From the NCBI RefSeq assembly GCF_036588685.1, contig NC_086373.1, positions 4,340,001 to 4,404,000 of the forward strand: a DNA stretch of 64,000 bases, read 5' to 3'. Source of the stretch: Mytilus trossulus. Its lineage: Eukaryota. Shown here piece after piece: positions 49,851 to 63,000 of this stretch. The notes under the pieces were generated by a model. The model ran no database searches. It saw only the letters and a program-made list of their open reading frames with translations, and was not told the origin of the DNA. Position numbers and translations under genes: made by a program. Position 1 is the stretch's first letter. The number at the start of each line of letters is the position of its first letter.

Positions 49851-51207
49851 ACAACTATAAGACTGTTAATTTAAGCCCTAAGCTAAAATATATCATCCCC
49901 ACTGAACACAGGTACTTGTCTCAGAAAAAAATTCCTATATACCTTAATATATGAAGTCTATGTTTCTGTATCTGTCTGTCTGTTTTGTTTGGTTTTTTTT
50001 TTACTTCAAACGTATTTTTTTTTCTGAATACTCCGCCAAACCTCTTTTATAAATTTCACTTTCGATCTGTTTGTAATTAACCCATGCAAGTTTGAACAGT
50101 ACTGAATTTACTATAAAAACAATTATATGTGGAACTATACTTACGATTTGAAAAATTTGAAAATGAATTGATATTTTCTAATTCAGAATTTTTATATTAT
50201 TCCCGCATAATATATTAATTGTTTTAAAATGTTTTCTTTACACATACTATGTGTATATACACCTGTGTTATCCTCTTTCCTAGTATAAAGGACTGGGATT
50301 TGCATGAACAGAAAGGTTAGTTCTGTCTTCATATTTCAATTGTTTCAACTACTGACCATATTGATCATGCATATATGGTGCATAGATTTAAATAATAGAT
50401 ATTTATAGATATTATTCTTTTTATTTTCAGTATTCTTATTATATATAAATGTGAGCATGAACAATCCTTAAACCCATTATATTGTGGGTTAATTTCTCCA
50501 CAGGCTTCAGCTATCATTCTCATGACCCGTGACACGGTGCCCTATCTATAGAAGGTTTTTTTTTAGTGTGGTGTCATTTTTGTTTACTTTTGTCTTTAAT
50601 GTCTCTGATTTTGTCGAGAATGTATATAATCAAGGATTTGTATAACCAGAAACATATATATACACATATATGTATATCTGGTATAATATAGAAGAACACA
50701 GGAACTGTTATCTCGGATTGGGTTTTTTAATTTATTAACCTTAGTATATCCAACATATTTAGATATTTTTTCTCTGATACATTTGGCTGTTGTTGTTTAT
50801 TATGTGTGCGTCCATCCCTTATTCTGTGACGCGAGTTTTTTTGGTTTATCCCATGGTAGGAGCAGGGACGTATATATAAGTCCTTGGTAGGAGGAAGCGA
50901 GGGTGGAAGACTTTTTTCCTTGGTTGTTTCAAAGGATCTATAATTATCGGTATTGACTGGGAAAAAAAGTCATCTGATTTCTGAGAAATGCTTCTATTTG
51001 TATTGCCATGGAAGAATGATATTGATTATTCCATAAAACTACATAGATGTGACTGATTGATTTTCTGCACATTTTGAAATACATTTTTAAATGTAAGAAA
51101 TACTTCGGGAACGAATCGTGTCCTTTCCGTAATCCTTGATGACATTGCCTCTATATTTACCGTTTAAAACAAGGGAAAAGCCCGAGAACGTTGTTTGACG
51201 ATTAATT

Positions 51208-51275
51208 ATGGCGAATTTTCAGCCAGGGACAGCTGCGGTTCCTTCAACTCAAGTTGAAATCAGTGTATCCTGTCG
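51208..51275 (+). CDS. Copine (CPNE8/CPNE5-like), coding exon 1
   Basis: MANFQPGTAAVPSTQVEISVSCR resembles the copine C2A start (PATKVEITVSCR); phase-2 donor. Confidence 0.85.
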
Positions 51276-51540
51276 GTTTGTATTCTTTTATGGTAGACAT
51301 ACTAGACTTTAGTGTTGAAATACATTTGAACTTAATTATTCGAAATGTCATTACTTCGCTGATCTCGTACTATAAAAATATATAGAGTTGAGAAAGTGAC
51401 AAGATAAAGAGTACAGATACAGGAAGGCGTAGTTCAGATGTGAACAACCCTATATGGCACGCCGTATTTATATTTATTCAAATTTGAAGATATCTTATTT
51501 ATTTAACAAGATATCTTATTAAGTATTAAGATATCTTTAA

Positions 51541-52587
51541 TTTTTGTCGAGCCTTCGACTTTAGTCGAAAAAGCGAGACATAGCGATCCTACATTCCGTC
51601 GGCGTCGGCGTCGTCGGCGGCGTCAACAAATATTCACTCTGTGGTTAAAGTTTTTGAAATTTTAATAACTTTCTTAAACTAAACTGGATTGCTACCAAAC
51701 TTGGACAGAAGCTTGTTTATGTTCATAAGATAGTATGCAGAAGTAAATTTTGTAAAAAATAAAATTCCATTTTTTCCGGATTTTACTTATAAATGGACTT
51801 AGTTTTTCTGCCAGGAAACATAACATTCACTCTGTGGTTAAAGTTTTTGAAATTTTAATAACTTTCTTAAACTATACTGTATTTGTATCAAACTTATACA
51901 GAAGCTTGTTTCTGATCATAAGATAGTATCCAGAAGGAAATTTTGGAAAAATAAAATTCAATTTTTTCCACATTTTACTTAAAAATGGACTTAGTTTTTC
52001 TGCCAGGAAACATAACATTCACTCTGTGGTTAAAGTTTTTGAAATTTTAATAACTTTCTTAAACTATCCTGGGTTTGTACCAAACTTAGACAATAGCTTG
52101 TTTATGATCATAACATGGTATCCAGAAGTAAATTTTGTTAACAAATAAATCCATTTTTTTTCTGCATTTTACTTTTAAATGGACTTAGATTTTCTGCCAG
52201 GAAACAACGCATGCACTCTGTGGTTAAAGTTTTTAAAATTCTAATAACTTTCTTATACTATTTTGGACCTGTACCAAACTTGGACAGAAGCTTGTTTATG
52301 ATCAAAAGCTAGTATCAATAAGAAAATTTTGTTAAAATTTTGTACCTGTGTATCTGTATTTTACTTATAAATGGTTATAAATCTTCCAGTTTACATTACA
52401 GACAGTGCAGTTAAAGTTTTTAAAACATACTGTATTTTTACCAAACTTGGACAGAAGCTTCTTAGAATCATAAGATAGTATCAAGAGGAATATTTTTATT
52501 GATTTTTTTCCTCAGTTTTGTTGAGCCTGCGATTAAGAGCATAAGTAGGCGAGACACTGGGTTCCGCGGAACCCTTAAGAATTTTTA
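51541..52587 (+). mobile_element. Complete HINE-like element with ~192-bp internal tandem repeats
   Basis: tttttgtcgagccttcgactttagtcgaa 5' hairpin, (GGCGTC)n tract, unit marker cactctgtggttaaagttttt at about 51635, 51828, 52020 and 52214, 3' hairpin gggttccgcggaaccc; inserted in a T-run. Confidence 0.8.
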
Positions 52588-52900
52588 TAAGATATCTTAT
52601 TTAATTTGAAAGTAAATACGATATCTCTAATAATAGTTTATAAGATATCTCTATTAGTTTATAAGATATCTCTATAAGTTAATAAGATATCTTTATTAAT
52701 TAATAAGATATCTTATACAGTATATAAGATATCTTACTTTCTTTTAAATACATACTTTATAAGATATCTGATTAATTAATAGAGATATCTTATAAACTAA
52801 TAGAGATATCTTATTAACTTATGGAGATATCTTATATATTAAATAAGATATCTTTATAACCAATTATATAAGATATCTCTATAAGTTAATAAGATTATAA

Positions 52901-53222
52901 GATATGTTCCTTACGTCGTAACTACAATCCCCTTCCCTTTCATGAATTTGACCTACCGAATTATACTATTTACCGGATTTGTAATCACATAAGCAACACG
53001 ACGGGTGCCGCATGTGGAGCAGGATCTGCTTACCCTTCCGGAGCACCTGAGATCACCCCTAGTTTTTGTTGGGGTTTGTGTTGTTTATTCTTTAGTTTTC
53101 TATGTTGTATCATGTGTACTATTGTTTTTCTGTTTGTCTTTTTCATTTTTAGCCATGGCGTTGTCAGTTTGTTTTAGATTTATGAGTTTGACTGTCCCTT
53201 TGGTATCTTTCGTCCCTCTTTT
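52901..53222 (+). mobile_element. Penelope-like 3' UTR fragment
   Basis: Reverse complement of 43181-43505 with few differences. Confidence 0.75.
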
Positions 53223-54648
53223 ATATCTCTATTAGGTTATAAGATATCTCTATAAGTTAATAAGATATCTCTTTAAGTTAATAAGATATCTCTATAAGTT
53301 AATAACATATCTCTAAAAGTTAATAAGATATCTCTATTAGTTTATAAAATATATCTATTAGTTTATAAGATATCTCTATAAGTTAATAAGATATCTCTAA
53401 AAGTTTATAAGATATCTCTATTAGGTTATAAGATATCTCTATAAGTTAATAAGATATCTCTAAAAGAAAAAAAGATATCTCTATTAGTTTATAAGATATC
53501 TCTATTAGTTTATAAGATATCTCTATAAGTTATTAAGATATCTCTATTAATTAATAAGATATTGTATAAAGTATATAAGATATCTTACATCTTTATAAAG
53601 ATATCTTTTAAATACATATGTTATAAGATATCTTATTAATTAATAGAGATATTTTATAAACTAATAGAGATATCTTATTAACTTATGGAGATATCTTATA
53701 TGTTAAATAAGATATCTTTATAACCAATTAGATAAGATATCTATATAAGTTAATAAGATATCTCTAAAAGTTTATAAGATATCTCTATTAGGTTATAAGA
53801 TATATCTATAAGTTAATAAGATATCTCTTTAAGTTAATAAGATATCTCTAAAAGTTTATAAGATATCTCTATTAGTTTATAAGATATCTCTATAAGTTAA
53901 TAAGATATCTCTTTTAATTAATAAGATATCTTATAAAGTATATAAGATATCTGACTTCTTTATAAAGATATCTTATTAATTAATAGAGATATCTTATAGA
54001 CTAATAGAGATATCTTATTAATTAATAGATATATCTTATAAACTAATAGAGATATCTTATTAACCTATGGAGATATCTTATTAAGTAAATAAGATATCTC
54101 TATTATTAACTATATAAAAGATATCTTATATAGTTAATAAGATATCTTATAAATGGATAGAGATATATTATATTTTAAATAAGATATCTTATATATTTAA
54201 TAAGATATATTTATAAACATTTTAATAAGATATCTTATTTAATAAATCAGATATCTCAATTAATATATAAGATATCTCAATTAGTTTATAAGATATCTTA
54301 TTTAACTAAATAAGATATCTCGAAATTGAATAAATATAATAACAGCGTGCCATAACCCTAACACTTTCTTATTCAATTTTAAATGTTTTCACTGATATGA
54401 TAATTTTTATGTTTTTGAATGGCATATTAATAGTAAAAAAAAAGAAAGTAGCAAAATAAGTACAAAGAAAACATCAGAAATAAATAGAAATAGAAAATAA
54501 TGCCCCTGTGGTCATATTTTATATAGGACTAGAGACTAGAAAGGTGAAAAAAATGTATTCAACACAATTTGTCATAGCATGCAATTTTTAAAAGGTATAC
54601 ACAAACATAAAGTATTTGTCTACATTTTTTGTTCTTTTTAATTTTTAG

Positions 54649-54736
54649 AAATCTACAAGACAGAGATGCATTTTCAAAGTCAGATCCAATTTGTGTTCTA
54701 TCTAACAAAGATGTTCGTACAAATACTTGGTATGAG
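54649..54736 (+). CDS. Copine exon 2 (C2A)
   Basis: NLQDRDAFSKSDPICVLSNKDVRTNTWYE; DxDxxSKSDP motif. Confidence 0.92.
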
Positions 54737-54916
54737 GTAAGTTAAAGTATCAGCTGTACATGCCAGTAAACAGTTAGAAGGTAAAATTGAAGGAGTAAGG
54801 GGTTAATGACATGTACAAACTGTATGTTTGAAGGGGTTCAATTGATTTGAATATGCAACAAATGACAGCAAGTTAAACACACATTATTATGAACATTTGA
54901 AGCTGACTAAAACAGT

Positions 54917-55108
54917 CAGCTGAGAGAGTCATCTCCCTGTAGTGTTATCAGCTTAGAGAGTCATCTCCCTGTAGTGTTATCAGCTGAGAGAGTCATCTCC
55001 CTGTAGTGTTATCAGCTGAGAGAGTCATCTCCCTGTAGTGTTATCAGCTGAGAGAGTCATCTCCCTGTAGTGTTATCAGCTGAGAGAGTCATCTCCCTGT
55101 AGTGTTAT
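54917..55108 (+). repeat. 32-bp minisatellite, 6 near-identical copies
   Basis: cagctgagagagtcatctccctgtagtgttat x6. Confidence 0.92.
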
Positions 55109-55503
55109 GTACCACCTTAATTACCATGTTATTTTCTGTATTTAAACAAATTAAATTCTAACTCCTGTAATTAAATCTTCTAAACTTGAGTTATTCAGTT
55201 GGAAAGAAGCAACAATAATAAATTAAATAATAGAATAAATAACTGGTTGTGGCATAACATGTATCTTTCTGACAGCTATATGAAAATAAGGAGACGTGTC
55301 ATGGTTGCAAATGAGACAACAATCCACCATAGTTCAAATAAAGTGAATGTAAGCAATTTTACTTCAACACTGCATTTTACTAGATCTTTTGTTTGGATAC
55401 TTTAAACTTTACATATGCATGCCACATTAATATTTGGGGATCATTGTCCTTGTCTAGTTATTTTTTTTTAACAAATTACAATTAACAATATAATTTGTTT
55501 CAG

Positions 55504-55607
55504 TTTGGAAGAACAGAAATGATTAAAGACAGCTTAAATCCAGAATTTGTCAAGAAATTTATGATGAATTTCATGTTTGAAGAATCACAGAAATTGAAAT
55601 TTGAAAT
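55504..55607 (+). CDS. Copine exon 3 (C2A)
   Basis: FGRTEMIKDSLNPEFVKKFMMNFMFEESQKLKFE. Confidence 0.93.
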
Positions 55608-56224
55608 GTAAGTAAACTTTTATACACATGAAACATGAGGAATAATTGTCCGTGTTTGACATTGATGGATGTCTGGTTACAAGTTATTATTTGTATATGA
55701 ATACTGTACAGGATAAACAAGTCCATGAAGTCCTTACAAATTAAACAACAAAAATAAACACAGACAACTATAAAATTATATGTAAAACCATAAGAATTTT
55801 GCTTCGAGTTTGCTGTAAGGTTGCTGGTGAGCTGGTCTGGTTCAAGTAGCCTGGTAACTTAATTTACTTTACCAAATGCCAGGAACCTCTTCCAGATGCA
55901 TTCAATATGTAATGCCCTCCATCCTTGTCAACTCACTTTGTAGTACCAACATAGACAATTATTTATTGTTTGATTTTTTTTTTTAATCTAGATATCAATG
56001 AAATGCATCTGCCTGTTGCCGTTTAGCTCTGACATACTAATTATGAATATTAAAACAAAAAAAACAAGCACCTATCAAAAAAGAATAGACATAAAGTTTG
56101 TGTTGATAGCTTCTTGTTAACATTGATACTACTGTCTGTATCATATTCTATTTTCAGTATGATTTATTAATGTTTTGGTCCAAATGTAAATATTTTGTTT
56201 TAATAATTGCATTCTCTGTTACAG

Positions 56225-56264
56225 TTATGATGTTGATTCTCCAAGCTCTAGACTTGAAGCTCAG
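56225..56264 (+). CDS. Copine exon 4
   Basis: YDVDSPSSRLEAQ; phases match the neighbouring exons. Confidence 0.9.
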
Positions 56265-57157
56265 GTGAGATAAAAAAAAAACAACACCAAAACAACCTAT
56301 CATTGTACATTGTATGCAAGTGTTCTAGGTCTTATGATAACAGATAAATGCACATTTTCACATTTATATTTGTCCCATGTTACAAGTGGGTCCTCTATGC
56401 ACTGAGAAAAAATCCTGTACCTGGAGGTGAGCTTCAGCTGGGCCTTGAAGAATGATTAATATTAGTTCAGTGATATAGATGCCAAACTATCAGAGAATTA
56501 CAGCCAAATAACAAAATAAAATCATCGACTAAACAAATAAAGATGCTGTGATATGATATATTTACCACAATTTTAGATATTGTTGTGAATAAAGGATAAA
56601 AAATATACATACACTAATACAGATAAGAGAAATTTAAAATTTCTTTAGTACAGCATTTGATTAATACCTTGATATAAATATTTTTTCTGTAATAAAGGCA
56701 GAATGTGCCAACTTTTGTTGCAGAGTTGATGAGTGAGAACATGGTCATTATTCATTTACATCAATATCTTTATAATAAAGAGTACAATAAACAACTTTTA
56801 TTAAAAACAAAATAGAAATGTGTAATTATACCTCTTTGAATAGATACATAATACGTAATTGTAATTACAAAATGATGTACCAGTACTTCCTTTCATGTTT
56901 CCTGACAGTACATATGTACAAAAATGTACTAGGTAGATCAAAACAAGTTAAATTTTGTTGTTAAATGAGGTTTGCATTGATTGTTAGTAAGCCAATTTAT
57001 GTGAGTCAAACAAATTTTAAACGACTTAGTTTTCCATATTAATTATTTTACATTACTAATTTTCTGACAGGATATAAAACATTTAAAATGTGACGTGCTG
57101 TATGATATAAAATTGAATTTCTTTAAAACTTTATTTTATATTATCTTTTTATTTTAG

Positions 57158-57231
57158 GACTTTTTAGGAAGACTTGAGTGCACACTTGGGGAAATTGTGG
57201 GGCTTGGTGGAAAGATTGAAAAAAAGTTGGA
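57158..57231 (+). CDS. Copine exon 5
   Basis: DFLGRLECTLGEIVGLGGKIEKKL. Confidence 0.92.
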
Positions 57232-57618
57232 GTAAGTTGACATTTTACAAGAATTAAAATCATCACTCTGCATGTATTTGTGCCTAGTATACAGTTTATA
57301 GTTAAAGGTTTTTAAAAAACAGGGAAAAGGAATATATAATTTTTTCAAAGAGACAACAAGAGAATTGTTTACATAATGAAAAGACTTGGACTTCTTTGAA
57401 AACTTATAAACCTTAGACTAGTTTTCCTTGTAAGTCAAAATATAATTATAGATTCATTTTAACTGGAAATTTATTTCTTAAAGTGTAGGCAGTTTTATAG
57501 TAAATGAGGGTTGATTTAAGTGCACAGTTTACAGTTCATATTTGTTCTGTCAATTTTCTATGTAAATTTAAGCGTAATCTTATTTAGGTGCATCACATGT
57601 CTCACCTTCTTATTTCAG

Positions 57619-57647
57619 AGGTATTAAAGGATTGGGACAAATTACAG
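57619..57647 (+). CDS. Copine exon 6 (29-nt micro-exon)
   Basis: ttatttcag|A GGT ATT AAA GGA TTG GGA CAA ATT ACA G|gtaag = GIKGLGQIT. Confidence 0.82.
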
Positions 57648-58309
57648 GTAAGACATGTATGTAACTGGAGAGGCCTTAGACTTTGGGTAGAGAGATGTTT
57701 TAAACACTTTTAGGCCTGTGTTAATGAAGATGTATTTAACAGTTTTAACAATGCTTTTTAAGCATTCATGTGATAAGAAATTAAAAAAATGATAATTGTT
57801 ACTAAGTTGATTAGAATATATTTAATGCATAACTTAAATTATCAACAGAAATAGTATTTCTTCTGAAAAAAACTTATTAATTTTTGAAAATAACAATTGA
57901 TTACATGTTGCTTAACATCCAGTCGCAAATATTTCATGTATTTGAAAGATGTAAACAATTATAACTGTGTATAACAACATTCGATCAGTGCAAAGCTTTC
58001 ATGGGTTGTCAAGTTCCTTAAACCCCCCTAGAGGTAGTAGTAGAAGTGTATAAGATTTATAAAAAATGATGGATTTTTGTCACACTTTTGACTGAACTGG
58101 AAAATTAGAAAGTGTGTAACTTCAGTAAAGTCAAGTTTTGTAGTCTGGACCATTTGAATTAAGGCTTTTCTTTTTAAAAGATTACACAAATAAGAAAGAG
58201 GTCTTCAGGACTAATTGAAATCCAAACACTTACGAAATTCCTAACAGAATTTTTTAAGTTGATCCTGACAATTTCATAAGAGCACATTTATTTCACAACC
58301 CGTGAATGC

Positions 58310-58730
58310 TTGATTGATTGTTGGTTGCTGAACGTCCAGTGGCAAATATTTCATGCATATTCAGGACGAGAACAAGTTAATAAAATACAATTTGTAGGTT
58401 GTGTCATAATAGATGTCATTTGTGATGATGGTCTGGGAAAATTGGACTGCCACTGGAAAATGAGGGTACATGTATATTGGATAGGGACAAAAATTTTGCC
58501 TTACAACAGGCCACCTACAGGCCCCCAAAGAGTTGTTGCAATGGTTCTTAACGTACAAAGGGCGTTGCACTCTCTTTACACGAGACAACGTCCCCAATCT
58601 GAACGGACATGGCTGTGAACTTAATTCATCCCGCACAGCCAAATGGACACCCACTTCGGCAAGCGTTTTACTGCCAGTCAGAAGAAGACCAAGTGACCAT
58701 ATTTTATTCTCTAGTCACCCTTGGGGGACA
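58310..58730 (-). mobile_element. Second Deu/Nin-domain SINE family with a (CAAT)n tail
   Basis: - strand tccgttcagattggggacgtt...cgtgt...tgtacgttaagaacc core, ending in caaccaacaatcaatcaa. Confidence 0.65.
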
Positions 58731-58874
58731 ACCTTTGAATGTATTGAGAACATAGTTTCAGCATTGAACAGTATACTCTATAATATGTTCAAGCACTAGA
58801 TTTGAAAATCCCTCAGTAATCACACATGATTAATCAGCTGTGCACTCATAATATGATTTATATTCTACTTTCAG

Positions 58875-58903
58875 TTAGAGCAGAAGAGGTCAGCTCCTGC
58901 AAG
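58875..58903 (+). CDS. Copine exon 7 (29-nt micro-exon)
   Basis: VRAEEVSSCK; AEE motif at the C2A/C2B junction; phases match. Confidence 0.87.
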
Positions 58904-59360
58904 GTAAGCTATTTTGAGGGTATCTAATATGTCATAATAGAAAAACAAATGATATGGAGTATTCAGTAATGACACAAAATCAGAGGGGGTTAGGATAAAG
59001 AACTTGTTCAAAGTTACAAATTTAACAGAAATTATGAATCTTTCATATGTCCATCTCTAAGATTAAAATACTAATTTTTCTTAAATGATTTAAATAGAAT
59101 AATAATAACTCACTTGCACCTTCTGTTGATAAATTTATAATTATTCCAAAATGTACAGAGTTTGTCTGGTGGTCTTATTTATTATTATACTTTCTATATT
59201 TATTACATACTGAGGATTACTTCTTCAGCTTTTATATTCAAATCAATGTTCAGATTTTTTTTTTCAGAAATGTTCTAGTTTTGAAGTCACTTTAACAGTT
59301 AAAAATTGAGAAGATTTGAATGTGTAAGATATATTGAATATTTTGTTTTGTTATTAATAG

Positions 59361-59464
59361 GAGTCAGCAACGTTACATTTTAATGCTACTAAATTGGACA
59401 AGAAAGATTTTCTGGGCAAGTCGGATCCCTTCCTGATTTTTTACAAGGCAAATGAAGATACCAG
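59361..59464 (+). CDS. Copine exon 8 (C2B start); gene continues beyond the window
   Basis: [33 protein letters not shown]. Confidence 0.93.
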
Positions 59465-60025
59465 GTAAATAGTAACATCACACCTGAAGGTTATGAACTA
59501 TCTTGGATTTTATCTATTAACATTGAATTCTTTCAGCAAGATTATACTTCAAATATTTTACATTTATTTCAAGAAAAATAGACAATAAAAAATAAGCATT
59601 TAAAAAGAAACCTATTCCTTCCTACCAAAAATAACAATACCACATGTGACTTACATTTATATATAACAAAACGTTTGACAGTGCTTGGATTTTGTCAACA
59701 TCTTTTATAAAATATTTTTTTTTTTACTGTTTTTCTATTAAAGCAATTTATGTGTGACAAGTCATTTATGCAACTGTAGATTTTGAGTACTGTTATCTTT
59801 TTTTAACTATAGATTGCATTTTTTTTTAAAGATTCTAGGAACAAATAAGTTTCTAAAAATCTCAATCCTTCAATATCAGATATAAATATGCACCTTTAAA
59901 TTTTATAAGAAATTGTTATCTAAATACATATACAACCAGATGTTTGAGACAGCAACCTATTTAATCAAACATGATATCTAGAGGTCACTTTCAATATTTA
60001 AAAAAACATAAAAACATAACGGAAA

Positions 60026-63000
60026 GATAAACTCTGATAGGGATTCTGACTAACACCTAGATAAACTCTGACAAAGATTCTGACTAACATTCAGATAAAC
60101 TCTGACAGGGATTCTGACTAACATTCAGATAAACTCTGACAGGGATTCTGACTAACACCCAGATAAACTCTGACAAAGATTCTGACTAACACCTAGATAA
60201 ACTCTGACAAAGATTCTGACTAACATTCAGATAAACTCTGACAGGGATTCTGACTAACACCTAGAAAAACTCTGACAAAGATTCTGACTAACATTCAGAT
60301 AAACTCTGATAGGGATTCTGACTAACACCCAGATAAACTCTGACAAAGATTCTGACTAACATTCAGATAAACTCTGACAGGGATTCTGACTAACATTCAG
60401 ATAAACTCTGACAGGGATTCTGACTAACATTCAGATAAACTCTGACAGGGATTCTGACTAACACCTAGATAAACTCTGACAAAGATTCTGACTAACATTC
60501 AGATAAACTCTGACAGGGATTCTGACTAACACCTAGATAAACTCTGACAAAGATTCTGACTAACACCTAGAAAAACTCTGACAAAGATTCTGACTAACAC
60601 CTAGAAAAACTCTGACAAAGATTCTGACTAACATTCAGATAAACTCTGACAGGGATTCTGACTAACACCTAGAAAAACTCTGACAAAGATTCTGACTAAC
60701 ATTCAGATAAACTCTGACAGGGATTCTGACTAACACCTAGATAAACTCTGACAAAGATTCTGACTAACATTCAGATAAACTCTGACAGGGATTCTGACTA
60801 ACACCTAGATAAACTCTGACAGGGATTCTGACTAACACCTAGATAAACTCTGACAGGGATTCTGACTAACACCTAGATAAACTCTGACAAAGATTCTGAC
60901 TAACATTCAGATAAACTCTGACAGGGATTCTGACTAACATTCAGATAAACTCTGATAGGGATTCTGACTAACACCTAGAAAAACTCTGACAAAGATTCTG
61001 ACTAACATTCAGATAAACTCTGATAGGGATTCTGACTAACACCCAGATAAACTCTGACAAAGATTCTGACTAACATTCAGATAAACTCTGACAGGGATTC
61101 TGACTAACACCCAGATAAACTCTGACAAAGATTCTGACTAACATTCAGATAAACTCTGACAGGGATTCTGACTAACATTCAGATAAACTCTGACAGGGAT
61201 TCTGACTAACACCTAGATTAAGTCTGACAGGGATTATGACTTACACCCAGATAAACACTGACAGGGATTCTGATTAACACCTAGATACACTTTGACAGGG
61301 ATTCTGACTAACACCTAGATTAACTCTGACAGGGATTCTGACTAACACCTAGATAAACTCTGACAAAGATTCTGACTAACATTCAGATAAACTCTGACAG
61401 GGATTCTGACTAACATTCAGATAAACTCTGATAGGGATTCTGACTAACACCTAGAAAAACTCTGACAAAGATTCTGACTAACATTCAGATAAACTCTGAT
61501 AGGGATTCTGACTAACACCCAGATAAACTCTGACAAAGATTCTGACTAACATTCAGATAAACTCTGACAGGGATTCTGACTAACACCCAGATAAACTCTG
61601 ACAAAGATTCTGACTAACATTCAGATAAACTCTGACAGGGATTCTGACTAACATTCAGATAAACTCTGACAGGGATTCTGACTAACACCTAGATTAAGTC
61701 TGACAGGGATTATGACTTACACCCAGATAAACACTGACAGGGATTCTGATTAACACCTAGATACACTCTGACAGGGATTCTGACTAACACCTAGATTAAC
61801 TCTGACAGGGATTCTGACTAACACCCAGATAAACACTGACAGGGATTCTGATTAACACCTAGATACACTCTGACAGGGAATCTGACTAACACCCAGATAA
61901 ACACTGACAGGGATTCTGACTAACACCTAGATAAACTCTGACAGGGATTCTGACTAACACCTAGATAAACTCTGACAGGGATTCTGACTAACACCTAGAT
62001 AAACTCTGACAAAGATTCTGACTAACATTCAGATAAACTCTGACAGGGATTCTGACTAACACCTAGATAAACTCTGACAAAGATTCTGACTAACACCTAG
62101 ATAAACTCTGACAGGGAATCTGACTAACACCTAGATAAACTCTGACAAAGATTCTGACTAACATTCAGATAAACTCTGACAGGGATTCTGACTAACACCT
62201 AGATAAACTCTGACAAAGATTCTGACTAACACCTAGATAAACTCTGACAGGGAATCTGACTAACACCTAGATAAACTCTGATAGGGATTCTGACTAACAC
62301 CTAGATAAACTCTGACAGGGATTCTGACTAACATTCAGATAAACTCTGACAGGGATTCTGACTAACATTCAGATAAACTCTGACAGGGATTCTGACTAAC
62401 ACCCAGATAAACACTGACAGGGATTCTGATTAACACCTAGATACACTCTGACAGGGAATCTGACTAACACCTAGATAAACTCTGACAGGGATTCTGACTA
62501 ACACCTAGATAAACTCTGACAGGGATTCTGACTAACACCTAGATAAACTCTGACAGGGATTCTGACTAACACCTAGATAAACTCTGACAAAGATTCTGAC
62601 TAACATTCAGATAAACTCTGATAGGGATTCTGACTAACACCTAGATAAACTCTGACAAAGATTCTGACTAACATTCAGATAAACTCTGACAGGGATTCTG
62701 ACTAACATTCAGATAAACTCTGACAGGGATTCTGACTAACACCTAGATAAACTCTGACAGGGATTCTGACTAACACCTAGATAAACTCTGACAAAGATTC
62801 TGACTAACATTCAGATAAACTCTGACAGGGATTCTGACTAACACCTAGATAAACTCTGACAGGGATTCTGACTAACACCTAGATAAACTCTGACAGGGAT
62901 TCTGACTAACACCTAGATAAACTCTGACAGGAATTCTGACTATAACCTAGATAAACACTGACAAGGCTATTGACTTTCATCCAGATAAACATTGACAAAG

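Larger units (their letters stand above)
51451..54354. mobile_element. Foldback-like TIR element filled with AAGATATCT tandem arrays, in copine intron 1, with nested HINE and Penelope-like fragment
   Basis: TIR tatggcacgc.gt.tt.tatttattcaa / ttgaataaatataataacagcgtgccata, ACCC on both flanks, many ataagatatctc subunits in both orientations. Confidence 0.75.

Noticed and set aside
54917-55108. CRISPR-like 32-bp repeats
   Set aside because: Head-to-tail copies without spacers.
60026-63000. CRISPR-like array (34-bp periodicity)
   Set aside because: The units are contiguous with no unique spacers and there are no cas genes; it is a minisatellite in a eukaryotic intron.
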